DNA from: Clostridiales bacterium
Lineage (GTDB): Bacteria > Bacillota > Clostridia > Christensenellales > CAG-138
DNA length: 64,000 nucleotides
Assembly: GCA_004557245.1 (NCBI GenBank)
Contig: SFEL01000004.1
Coordinates: 10,821 to 74,820, forward strand
Reading direction: 5' to 3'
Below, one piece after another: positions 7,834 through 16,786 of the stretch. Position numbers and translations under genes: made by a program. How positions within the stretch are numbered: position 1 is the first letter of the stretch; each line of letters starts with the position of its first letter. A model generated the notes under the pieces. The model was not told the origin of the DNA, did not search any database, and saw nothing but the letters and a program-made list of their open reading frames with translations.

Positions 7834-9210
7834 ATGGTTCATCAGTATAAGCTCAACGGTTACAACATAGTGCTGGACTCCTGCTCCGGCTCCATACACG
7901 TGGTGGATGAGGTGGCATACGACATAATCGCCATGTATCAGGACAACAGCCCGGAGGAAATAGTGAAGGCCGTATCCGAAAAATACGCCGGCCGCGAAGA
8001 CGTGAAGGAGAAGGACATACTGGACTGCATTGAGGACATAAAGGCCCTGATAGCTGCCGGAAAGCTGTTTACACCGGATACATTCTCGGAGATGGCGGGC
8101 ACCTTCAAGCAGCGCTCGGGCGACGTTATAAAGGCGCTGTGCCTGCACGTCGCCCATACCTGCAATCTCAACTGCGCATACTGTTTCGCCAGCCAGGGCA
8201 AGTATCACGGCGAGCGCGCGCTGATGAGCTATGAGGTGGGCAAGCGCGCGCTGGACTTCCTGATGGAGAATTCAGGCAGCCGCACCAATCTCGAGGTGGA
8301 CTTCTTCGGCGGTGAGCCGCTGATGAACTGGGACGTGGTAAAGCGGCTTGTGAAGTATGCCCGCAGCGTAGAGAAGGAACGGGGCAAGAACTTCCGCTTC
8401 ACCCTCACCACCAACGGCATGCTCATCGACGACGAGGTTATAGAGTTCTGCAATAGGGAGATGAGCAATGTGGTGCTGTCCCTGGACGGCCGCAAGGAGA
8501 TAAATGACGCCACCCGTGTAGATTATGCGGGTAATGGCAGCTATGACCGCATAGTGCCCAAGTTCCGTAAGCTTGTGGAGGCAAGAGGCGGCAAGAACTA
8601 CTATATGCGCGGCACCTTCACCCACGCTAATCCCGACTTTACCAACGACGTATTCCATATGGCGGATCTGGGCTTTACCGAGCTTAGCATGGAGCCCGTG
8701 GTCTGCGCACCGGACGACCCGGCTGCTCTGACCTCCGATGACCTTGAGATAGTAAAGGAGCAGTACGAGATACTTGCAAAGGATATGCTGCGCCGCGAAA
8801 AAGAGGGCAAGCCTATAACCTTCTATCATTACATGCTGGATCTTACGGGCGGCCCTTGCATATATAAGCGCATATCCGGCTGCGGCTCCGGCACAGAGTA
8901 CATGGCAGTCACACCATGGGGGGATCTGTATCCCTGCCACCAGTTCGTAGGCGAGGAAAAGTTCAAGCTGGGCGACATATGGAAGGGCGTTACAAACGAG
9001 GCAGTACGAAGCGAGTTCCGCTCCTGCAACGCATATGCCCGCAGGGAATGCGAGAACTGCTGGGCCAAGCTTTATTGCTCCGGTGGCTGTGCCGCCAACG
9101 CTTATCACGCTACGGGCAGCATACGCGGCGTATATGCTGCGGGATGCGAGCTGTTCAAGAAGAGAATAGAGTGCGCAATAATGATGAAAGTCGCGGAAGA
9201 GGATATGTGA
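7834..9210 (+). CDS. radical SAM/SPASM thioether-forming SCIFF peptide maturase
   Basis: 458 aa starting at ATG 7834, after AGGAGAGG. Radical SAM cluster motif CNLNCAYC. C-terminal SPASM Cys pattern (GCGSG...YPCHQF...CENCWAKLYCSGGC). Adjacent to the SCIFF peptide. Confidence 0.9.
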   Translation: MVHQYKLNGYNIVLDSCSGSIHVVDEVAYDIIAMYQDNSPEEIVKAVSEKYAGREDVKEKDILDCIEDIKALIAAGKLFTPDTFSEMAGTFKQRSGDVIKALCLHVAHTCNLNCAYCFASQGKYHGERALMSYEVGKRALDFLMENSGSRTNLEVDFFGGEPLMNWDVVKRLVKYARSVEKERGKNFRFTLTTNGMLIDDEVIEFCNREMSNVVLSLDGRKEINDATRVDYAGNGSYDRIVPKFRKLVEARGGKNYYMRGTFTHANPDFTNDVFHMADLGFTELSMEPVVCAPDDPAALTSDDLEIVKEQYEILAKDMLRREKEGKPITFYHYMLDLTGGPCIYKRISGCGSGTEYMAVTPWGDLYPCHQFVGEEKFKLGDIWKGVTNEAVRSEFRSCNAYARRECENCWAKLYCSGGCAANAYHATGSIRGVYAAGCELFKKRIECAIMMKVAEEDM

Positions 9211-10541
9211 TGGACACTCCCATACTCGACTTCCTCAGGCAGTATGCCGAACATGACTGGGTGCGCTTCCATATGCCCGGCCATAAGGGCAAGGGCATGC
9301 TGGGTTGCGCAAAATGGGATATAACCGAGGTATACGGCGGAGACGCGCTGTACGAGGCTGAAGGCATTATTGCCCGTAGCGAGCGCAATGCGACGGAGCT
9401 ATTCGGCACGCAGCGTACCTGCTACTCTACCGAGGGTTCCAGCCAGTGCATACGGGCAATGCTGTATCTCGCCCTCAACAACAGGCCGAAGGGCAATTCA
9501 AATGTGATAGTGGCTGCCCGCAACGTGCACAAGACCTTCGTATATGCCGCGGCTCTCCTTGATATAGAGCCGATATGGCTGTGGCCGGAGAGCAGCAGTT
9601 CTCTCTGCGGCTGCCCCGTGACGCCGGCAATACTGAAGGAAACACTTAATAAGCTTGATGCTCCGCCTGCCGCCGTGTATGTAACCAGCCCCGATTATCT
9701 GGGCGAAATGGCGGATATAGGAGACCTTGCCAAAGTGTGCCACGACAGCGGCACGATACTTCTCGTTGACAATGCCCACGGAGCATATCTGAAGTTTCTG
9801 CCAAAATCGCTGGACCCGCTGGACCTCGGTGCAGACATGTGCTGCGCATCGGCCCACAAAACGCTGCCTGTGCTTACAGGCGGCGCGTACCTGCATATAA
9901 GCAGGCGCCTGCCTGCATGCTATGCCGATCAGGCAAAGTCGGCATTGGCCCTCTTTGGCTCCACCAGCCCGTCATACCTTATAATGGCCTCGCTGGACGC
10001 CTGCAACAGCCTTCTGGCGGGAGATTACCCCAAGAGGATAGCGGAATGGGCAGGGAATATGGACTGCCTTAAACGGCGGCTCGGGAGCCGTGGGTGGAAA
10101 GTGCCCCAAAGCGACCCCCTTCGGCTGACCATACGAGCTACGGAGAGCATGAGAGGCACGGACATAGCGAAGCTGCTGCGCGGCGGGGATATAGAGTGCG
10201 AGCATGCGGACGCCGGCTACGCGGTACTCATGACTACGCCCAACAATACTTTAGAAGAGCTGTACAGGCTGGAAAAAGTGCTTGGCGAGTGCCGCAGCAG
10301 ACCAGCAGAGCAAGAGCTGCTGTCCCTTGCCAAGGCGGAAAGGGCTATGTCGGTCCGGGAGGCGGTTTTCCGGCCCCACGAGGTGATACCGGTAAGCGAG
10401 GCATTGGGCCGTATATGCGGAGCTCCCGCCGTGTCCTGCCCGCCTGCGATACCCATTGCGGTGTCCGGCGAGAGGATAGGCAGGGAGGCCATTGAACTGT
10501 TTGAATATTACGGCATAGGTGAAGTAGACGTAGTTAAATAA
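9210..10541 (+). CDS. PLP-dependent Orn/Lys/Arg decarboxylase-family protein
   Basis: MDTPILDFLRQYAEHDWVRFHMPGHKGKG N-terminus and the PLP-lysine motif SAHKTLPVLTGG. The ATG overlaps the maturase stop (TGATG at 9208-9212). Confidence 0.8.
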   Translation: MDTPILDFLRQYAEHDWVRFHMPGHKGKGMLGCAKWDITEVYGGDALYEAEGIIARSERNATELFGTQRTCYSTEGSSQCIRAMLYLALNNRPKGNSNVIVAARNVHKTFVYAAALLDIEPIWLWPESSSSLCGCPVTPAILKETLNKLDAPPAAVYVTSPDYLGEMADIGDLAKVCHDSGTILLVDNAHGAYLKFLPKSLDPLDLGADMCCASAHKTLPVLTGGAYLHISRRLPACYADQAKSALALFGSTSPSYLIMASLDACNSLLAGDYPKRIAEWAGNMDCLKRRLGSRGWKVPQSDPLRLTIRATESMRGTDIAKLLRGGDIECEHADAGYAVLMTTPNNTLEELYRLEKVLGECRSRPAEQELLSLAKAERAMSVREAVFRPHEVIPVSEALGRICGAPAVSCPPAIPIAVSGERIGREAIELFEYYGIGEVDVVK

Positions 10542-10542
10542 T

Positions 10543-10579
10543 AAAAAATGCGGCACAGTTTGAAATGTGCCGCACTTTT
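10543..10579. terminator. bidirectional intrinsic terminator between convergent genes
   Basis: 9-bp stem tgcggcaca/tgtgccgca, flanked by an A-run 5' and a T-run 3'. Confidence 0.7.
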
Positions 10580-10590
10580 ACTATTTCTTG

Positions 10591-11286
10591 TCAGATAAAA
10601 AATTTTCGTTTCACGCTTTCCCTAAGAGGCGGGCAGCAGGCGATGATGATGAGAGTGAGCCCAAGTATCAGACAGCACGCGAGGGGATATATGGACCATA
10701 TCAGGCTGTCGTGGAGGCCAAAGGTGTAATTGAGCAGGTATTCCACCAGCACCATGAAGCCGCCTGTAGCTATGAGAGTGCCGGCGATTATATATAGATA
10801 CCCGCGGCGCAGATAGTACATCAGCGCCACCGCGCCTACGGCGATTATCATGAGTCCCCCGGTGACGGGGAATGCGAAGGACAGGAACCAATGGCCGCCT
10901 GTGGCGAAGTTTATATAGAGCAGGTATAGGCCTGCGGCGATAAAGTCCGCCGCTACGAATATCACGGGTATGGGGCGCCTGAACCACATTGGCAGTACGA
11001 CTATCACATAAAACACCGTCAGCGCGCCGCCTACGTAGCCGGACCAGAGTATTCTGCCGTTGATCTTCCAGTCGCACAGCAGCGACGTAGCGAGGGGCAG
11101 CAGAAACAGCATGGTAAGTATGAACAGCAGGCCGGACCGGCTGGCGGTCTCCTGAGGTTTCCGGTCAACGGGGTACGGCTTTTCGCCGTCCGGACGCTTT
11201 ATATACGGGTGAAACACCACAGTGCCGCAAAGCGGGCACTTTTCCTCGCTGTCGCTCAGTTCAACTCCACATTTTATACAATACAA
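10591..11286 (-). CDS. zinc-ribbon membrane protein (DUF6320-like)
   Basis: 231 aa. N-terminal MYCIKCGVEL...CPLCG zinc ribbon, then about 6 TM helices. It begins 25 nt downstream of the 721-aa gene on the same strand. Confidence 0.7.
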   Translation of the reverse strand: MYCIKCGVELSDSEEKCPLCGTVVFHPYIKRPDGEKPYPVDRKPQETASRSGLLFILTMLFLLPLATSLLCDWKINGRILWSGYVGGALTVFYVIVVLPMWFRRPIPVIFVAADFIAAGLYLLYINFATGGHWFLSFAFPVTGGLMIIAVGAVALMYYLRRGYLYIIAGTLIATGGFMVLVEYLLNYTFGLHDSLIWSIYPLACCLILGLTLIIIACCPPLRESVKRKFFI

Positions 11287-11310
11287 AGCTCACGCCTTCC
11301 TTTCCTTGAA

Positions 11311-13476
11311 CTATGGCTGGTTGCTTTCGGCCTTTACGTGAAGGCCCTGATCCTGAAGCACCCGGAAAAAGTGCAGTTCCAGCTCAGGCTCCGTTATGTT
11401 GCGTATCATGTTAATATACATGGTACCATTATATGACAGCACGCCGCAGTTGTGGGGCGCCCGGGCCTGCACGCCTATTATGAAGTCCATGCGGCTTATG
11501 TAGGGGCGCATAGCCTGTGGTACGGTAACATTGCCGAGGTTTGAGAGGCAGAGGCAGGACTTGCGCTCACCTACCGCGTCAAATACGGCCTTCATGGCGG
11601 CGTTTTTTATGAACAGCGGCATCACCTTTAAGATAAAAGCCTTTTCACTGCTGACGTTGGCGGCTATACGAGTACCCATGAGCTTTGCGGTGCAGTCCAG
11701 CCCCATGCGGTGATGGACTACTGAGCATATCTCCTTAAAACTGTAATCGCCAAGCTGAGGGTCTATTTCGGGGGTGACGTACAGGGCGAAGTTGCGCAGG
11801 GTTCTGCTCGGGAAAAGCTTTCGGAGGTTTACGGGTATAAGCACCTTTACGGGGCGCCTGTGCCTACGGAAATGTACCTTTTCCGCCTGCAGGTCGAGTA
11901 TAGCTTTCATCATAGCAGCGCAAAGGAACTCTGTAGCGGTGACCCCGTACTCCTTTGCCTTGCCGCGCACGGACTCCGCATCCAGCATGAGCGTCACAAG
12001 ATTCAAAAATCCGTCGGGCTCCGGGGTGCCTGAAAGGTGATATGCTGTTTTTTCCCGTCGGCTTGCCCGCGCATCCCCGGCAAACCTGAGAAAGCTGTCC
12101 TCCAGCTCCTCCTCGGAGGGCTCCTCCAGCCTGCCCAGAACACCGTCCTCCTTAGGTACATTGAGGCCGTGCTTCTGGTATAGGTATTCGGCCAGCAGTG
12201 TCTTGAGGAATACCAGCGCGCCGTTGCCGTCGGTTATGGCGTGGAAAAACTCCACGGCTATGCGGTTCTTGTATACTATAACCCTGAAAGCGCACTCGCG
12301 AACTTCTTTAAAGGGCACGTGGGCCAGCGGACAGGCTTTTTCGTCGCGTATGGCGGGAGCCTTGGAAAGCTCCTCGAGGTAGTACCAAAATGTGCCCCTG
12401 CGCAGCCGCACCGCCATGGAGGGGAATCGGCGCACAGTCACATCGAGGGCGGATTGCAGCACCGGCCTGTCTACGGGCTCGCTCAGGGTGGCCGAGAGCC
12501 GGAAAAAGTTGTTCCAGTTCCTGCGCCGGGCGGCGGGGTATATCTTTGCAGCGTTGTCCAGACGCATCCAGCGTAGCTTGCGCTCAGGACAGAGGCGTTT
12601 GTTCAAAAACTCGTTTATCGTGGCAAAATCGGCCTGATTTTCCTTTAACTGGTACAGCACGTAGGCGTGCCAGCGTTCCGGGGCGATGTGCAGACTGCTC
12701 CTGCAGCCGCATTGCAGCAGCCTTGAATGAAGCCGCCGGGAGTCGTCCAGCAATATCTCGTCGCCGCCCGCGAATATGAGAGAGGGCGGCATGCCTGTAA
12801 GGTCGCCGAATAGGGGGGACAGCAGCGGGTCCAGCCTGTCGCGGTCGGTTGCGTAGCACTGGGCGTAAAACTCAAGCACTTCGGCGGTGAGTGAGGGGTC
12901 GTTGTCCCGGTTCGTCTCGTAGCTTTCGCCGGAGCCGGTGAGGTCTGCCCAGGGAGATATGGCGATAACCCCGCAGGGCATAGTCATTTTAAGCTCCTTG
13001 AGCTTTAAGCAGAGGGCGTAGCAAAGGCCGCCGCCTGCGCTCTCGCCGCAGAGCATTATGTGATCCCCACCGTAGCCCTTGCTAATGAGGTATCTGTACG
13101 CCTCCAGCGCGTCGTCGAGTGCGGCGGGGAAGGGGTGTTCAGGAGCGAGCCTGTAGGCGGCACAGAACACGCGCACGCCCTCTTCATCTGCAAGCGTTGC
13201 GGCGAAGCCCTTGGCGTAGTCGAGATCGCCGCAGGTATAGCCGCCCCCGTGCAGGTAAAGTATGACTCCCTGACGGCGCTCGTCCCGCGGTATGACCCAT
13301 GCGCCCTCGAAGCGGTCGAAGGGATGATCACGCACCTTAACGTCCTTTTTATGCATGGCTTCCATAAGCTCGCCAAGCTTGTCCTGTCCACGGCGTATGG
13401 TTTCCAGTGAGCAGCTGGCAACCAGCGGCTTAAAGAAATTCAATTGAGAATGCACAAGTTTTGCCGGCAGTCCCAT
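11311..13476 (-). CDS. fusion protein: HSL-family alpha/beta-hydrolase esterase plus HxxxDG acyltransferase/condensation-like domain
   Basis: N-terminal roughly 300 aa carry the HGGGY oxyanion motif, the GESAGG nucleophile elbow, and the GGDEIL and WHAY catalytic residues. The C-terminal roughly 400 aa carry FHAITDGNG (an HxxxDG motif as in PapA5, WS/DGAT and condensation-type acyltransferases). Confidence 0.75.
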   Translation of the reverse strand: MGLPAKLVHSQLNFFKPLVASCSLETIRRGQDKLGELMEAMHKKDVKVRDHPFDRFEGAWVIPRDERRQGVILYLHGGGYTCGDLDYAKGFAATLADEEGVRVFCAAYRLAPEHPFPAALDDALEAYRYLISKGYGGDHIMLCGESAGGGLCYALCLKLKELKMTMPCGVIAISPWADLTGSGESYETNRDNDPSLTAEVLEFYAQCYATDRDRLDPLLSPLFGDLTGMPPSLIFAGGDEILLDDSRRLHSRLLQCGCRSSLHIAPERWHAYVLYQLKENQADFATINEFLNKRLCPERKLRWMRLDNAAKIYPAARRRNWNNFFRLSATLSEPVDRPVLQSALDVTVRRFPSMAVRLRRGTFWYYLEELSKAPAIRDEKACPLAHVPFKEVRECAFRVIVYKNRIAVEFFHAITDGNGALVFLKTLLAEYLYQKHGLNVPKEDGVLGRLEEPSEEELEDSFLRFAGDARASRREKTAYHLSGTPEPDGFLNLVTLMLDAESVRGKAKEYGVTATEFLCAAMMKAILDLQAEKVHFRRHRRPVKVLIPVNLRKLFPSRTLRNFALYVTPEIDPQLGDYSFKEICSVVHHRMGLDCTAKLMGTRIAANVSSEKAFILKVMPLFIKNAAMKAVFDAVGERKSCLCLSNLGNVTVPQAMRPYISRMDFIIGVQARAPHNCGVLSYNGTMYINMIRNITEPELELHFFRVLQDQGLHVKAESNQP

Positions 13477-13693
13477 AGTAAGTTCCTTTCCAAGGGTGTT
13501 ATCTTAACGGTTTATTATAGCATATAGCACCAATTTTATATAGACTTTACCCTAATGTGAAAAAACAGACAGCATATAAAGAAGCGAAAACGCAATAGGG
13601 GCGGTCTTTGGCAAAGCTTGACAGACGTTTCTATAAAAAGTTATACTTTTTTATATAATCATAAATGATTGATTCCCTATTTTAAAAAAGAAT

Positions 13694-14590
13694 ATGAGGA
13701 TAAAGGCCATGAAGATAAGCGAAGGTTATATGCCTTTTATGGGACACCATACCTATTACAGGACGGTTGGCGAGCGTACTGACAAGGCGCCGCTGATACT
13801 CCTGCATGGAGGCCCCGGTTCTACTCACAATTATTTCGAGGTGCTGGACAGGGTGGCGGAGGATGACGGTCGCATGCTCGTCATGTACGACCAGATAGGC
13901 TGCGGCAACTCATACGTCAACGGCAGGCCGGAGCTATGGACGGCCGAGACATGGGTAAATGAGCTTATCACACTGAGAGAGCACCTGGGGCTGGATACCT
14001 GCCACCTGCTGGGCCAGTCCTGGGGAGGCATGCTGTTATTGACCTATATCTGCAACTATGAGCACTCAGGCGTAAAGAGCGGCATACTTTCCAGCACGCT
14101 GCCCGCAAGCTGGCTGTGGGGAATTGAACAGGCACGCATGATAAAGGAGCTGCCGGAGGAATACCAGAAAGCCATAAAAACAGCTACCGAGACCGGTGAC
14201 TATTCCAGCGATATATACCAGAGGGCGGAGGAAGAGTATATGCTGCGCCACGCTGCGGGCAAGCCCGATCCCAATGGCCCCGAGTGCCTGCTTAGGGAGA
14301 AAAGGACCGGCAGGGAGAGCTATGTCGTAGGCTGGGGCCCTAATGAGTACACACCAATGGGTACGCTGAAGGATTACGACGTAATAGACAAACTCAAGGA
14401 CATAAAGGAGCCCTGCCTCGTGATCAATGGCGGCAATGACCTTTGCACACCGTATATTGCCAAGGTGATGTACGACAATATACCAAACTCCAGATGGGAG
14501 CTGTTCAGGGAGTGCCGCCACATGTGCTTCGTAGAGGACAACGACCATTATGTTGAGGTGCTTAAAGAGTGGCTCAACGAGAAGGATTGA
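13694..14590 (+). CDS. pip: proline iminopeptidase-family alpha/beta hydrolase
   Basis: LLHGGPGSTHNYF and the nucleophile elbow GQSWGG are typical of the S33 prolyl aminopeptidase family. The start could instead be 13709. Confidence 0.8.
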   Translation: MRIKAMKISEGYMPFMGHHTYYRTVGERTDKAPLILLHGGPGSTHNYFEVLDRVAEDDGRMLVMYDQIGCGNSYVNGRPELWTAETWVNELITLREHLGLDTCHLLGQSWGGMLLLTYICNYEHSGVKSGILSSTLPASWLWGIEQARMIKELPEEYQKAIKTATETGDYSSDIYQRAEEEYMLRHAAGKPDPNGPECLLREKRTGRESYVVGWGPNEYTPMGTLKDYDVIDKLKDIKEPCLVINGGNDLCTPYIAKVMYDNIPNSRWELFRECRHMCFVEDNDHYVEVLKEWLNEKD

Positions 14591-14883
14591 TGCAATTTGG
14601 CTTATAAAAAATGACCCCGCCTTATGGTCGGGTGTTCGTAAGACAGTAAGATATCGAAGCCAAGAAAGCCTCCATTCGTGCGGAGGACATTGCAAAGGGT
14701 GTGTTCGTCCCGGTAAACAGTCTGCCGCCGAGGGAGCCGATGAGAGCTGTTATCTGAATGAGAGAAAATGTCCGAGCAGAGAAAAAATAGGTTCGGGCAT
14801 TTTCGTGTTCGCGATAGAAAAATTCACTTATTTTCATCCTTGCTTTGGGCATAGTTGGATTACAATTTGCAACTGGAGGAGCT

Positions 14884-15402
14884 ATGAAATCAAAATATAT
14901 TTTGAAACAGGTAGATCTCTGTTCCAAAGGCAATGAAAAGGACGCTCTTGAATTGGCTATCAGAGAAGGAGATATCATTCTTGATAAATTCTACCAATTT
15001 GAAGTGCTACCTGCCGCAATGGATTTTACAAAACCAATCACCCGAAAGAAGGTTTCCAATACTCCGTTCAAACAATCGGAAAGACTTTTACGAATAAAAG
15101 AACTGGGCGAAGATTCCGTAGTGGTTGCCATACTGCATCAGGAAACATACTCCGAAGGTGGGGACACACTGGTGACAACAGAGACGGAAGAGACCGTAAC
15201 GGTAAAATACGGCGAGGAATTCTCCGTTTACGCAAAACAGCATGTTTACGATGCGGATTTCTCAATTATCTATACATTTATCATAGTAGATGAATCAAAA
15301 CCACAGGAGCAGAAAGTGCAGAACTTCTGCACCGAATGCGGTGAGAAATTGATAAAGGGCGATAAGTTCTGCCGTGAATGCGGTACGCCTGTGCTTAAGT
15401 AA
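14884..15402 (+). CDS. hypothetical protein with C-terminal zinc ribbon
   Basis: ATG at 14884 follows GGAGGA. The C-terminus is CTECGEKLIKGDKFCRECG. No family recognised. The surrounding sequence looks AT-richer than the neighbours by eye. Confidence 0.5.
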   Translation: MKSKYILKQVDLCSKGNEKDALELAIREGDIILDKFYQFEVLPAAMDFTKPITRKKVSNTPFKQSERLLRIKELGEDSVVVAILHQETYSEGGDTLVTTETEETVTVKYGEEFSVYAKQHVYDADFSIIYTFIIVDESKPQEQKVQNFCTECGEKLIKGDKFCRECGTPVLK

Positions 15403-15793
15403 AATGTACAGATAAATTCCAGTTTGCAGGAGTGTTGAGTCATCTTCAAAAACCCTTTAGGAACGAAAGGGCGCACTTCTATACTCTCCTGCCGGGAGTA
15501 TCAGTGCGTACAGTCAAGTCAGCAAGCTGTCGGGGCGGAGCTTCATTCTCTGTCAGCAGAAGAAAACCGGCTGACTTCGAATGTTGCGTCACCTCGTTCC
15601 GTCAAGACGGCTGCACCCCCTTGCGCCGCTAAAGCGGCTATAAGGCGAGGGCGAGGACATTAACGATGTGGCTTAATCCGACAAAAGGCAAACCAAAAAG
15701 CGATATTTTTATGTTGTTCATGGGGGCTTTTTAATTTATAATGTGAAAAATATGGCGCGCGATAAAACCGCGGCACTTATAGGGAGAATTGCC

Positions 15794-16786
15794 ATGAAAA
15801 CCATATTGGTTCTGGGCGGCGCCGGCTACATCGGCAGCCATACCGTGTACGAACTCATAGACGGCGGATACGACGTAGCTGTGGTGGATAACCTTGAAAC
15901 GGGATTTATAGAGGCGGTACACCCAAAGGCGAGGTTCCATAAGGGCGATATACGGGACAAGGCCTTCATAGATTCCGTATTTGACGCCGAAAAGATAGAC
16001 GCAGTGATACATTTCGCCGCTAATTCCCAGGTGGGCGAGAGTATGATAAAGCCCCTGAAATACTATGAAAACAACATGGGCGGTACACGAACCATGCTGC
16101 AATCCATGGTAGAGCACGGGGTGAAGTACATAGTATTCTCATCTACAGCCGCTATATACGGCGAGCCTGAGCGCGTGCCAATAATGGAGAGCGACCCGAC
16201 CCACCCTACCAACTGCTACGGCGAAACCAAGCTTTCCATGGAGCGAATGTTCCACTGGGCCTCTGTGGCCCACGATATACATTTTGTGGCTCTGCGCTAT
16301 TTCAACGCCTGCGGGGCGCACCCCAACGGCAATATAGGCGAAGCTCACGACCCCGAAACGCACCTTATACCAATAGTCCTGCAGGTGCCTAACGGACAGC
16401 GGAAGACCGTGAACATATTCGGCGACGATTACGGTACTCGCGACGGTACATGCGTGAGGGATTACATACACGTATGCGACCTCGCATCGGCCCATGTGCT
16501 GGCGGCTGAGTACCTTATGCACGGCGGCAAAAACGACGTGTTTAACCTTGGAAACGGCGTAGGCTTTACCGTAAGGGAGATAGTGGACGCGGCGGAAAAG
16601 GTGGTAGGTAAGCCCATAGCGTGCGAGATTGCATCCCGCAGGGCGGGCGACCCCGCGCAGCTTGTAGCTTCCAGCGAAAAGGCTAAGACGGTGCTTGGCT
16701 GGAAGCCGAAATACGACGATATAGATACAATAATCTCCACGGCGTGGCGCTGGCACAGCGCCCACCCCTGCGGCTACAAGGCTTGA
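15794..16786 (+). CDS. galE: UDP-glucose 4-epimerase
   Basis: MKTILVLGGAGYIGSH Rossmann N-terminus and the YGETK catalytic motif. The start at 15794 follows AGGGAGA. Confidence 0.9.
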   Translation: MKTILVLGGAGYIGSHTVYELIDGGYDVAVVDNLETGFIEAVHPKARFHKGDIRDKAFIDSVFDAEKIDAVIHFAANSQVGESMIKPLKYYENNMGGTRTMLQSMVEHGVKYIVFSSTAAIYGEPERVPIMESDPTHPTNCYGETKLSMERMFHWASVAHDIHFVALRYFNACGAHPNGNIGEAHDPETHLIPIVLQVPNGQRKTVNIFGDDYGTRDGTCVRDYIHVCDLASAHVLAAEYLMHGGKNDVFNLGNGVGFTVREIVDAAEKVVGKPIACEIASRRAGDPAQLVASSEKAKTVLGWKPKYDDIDTIISTAWRWHSAHPCGYKA

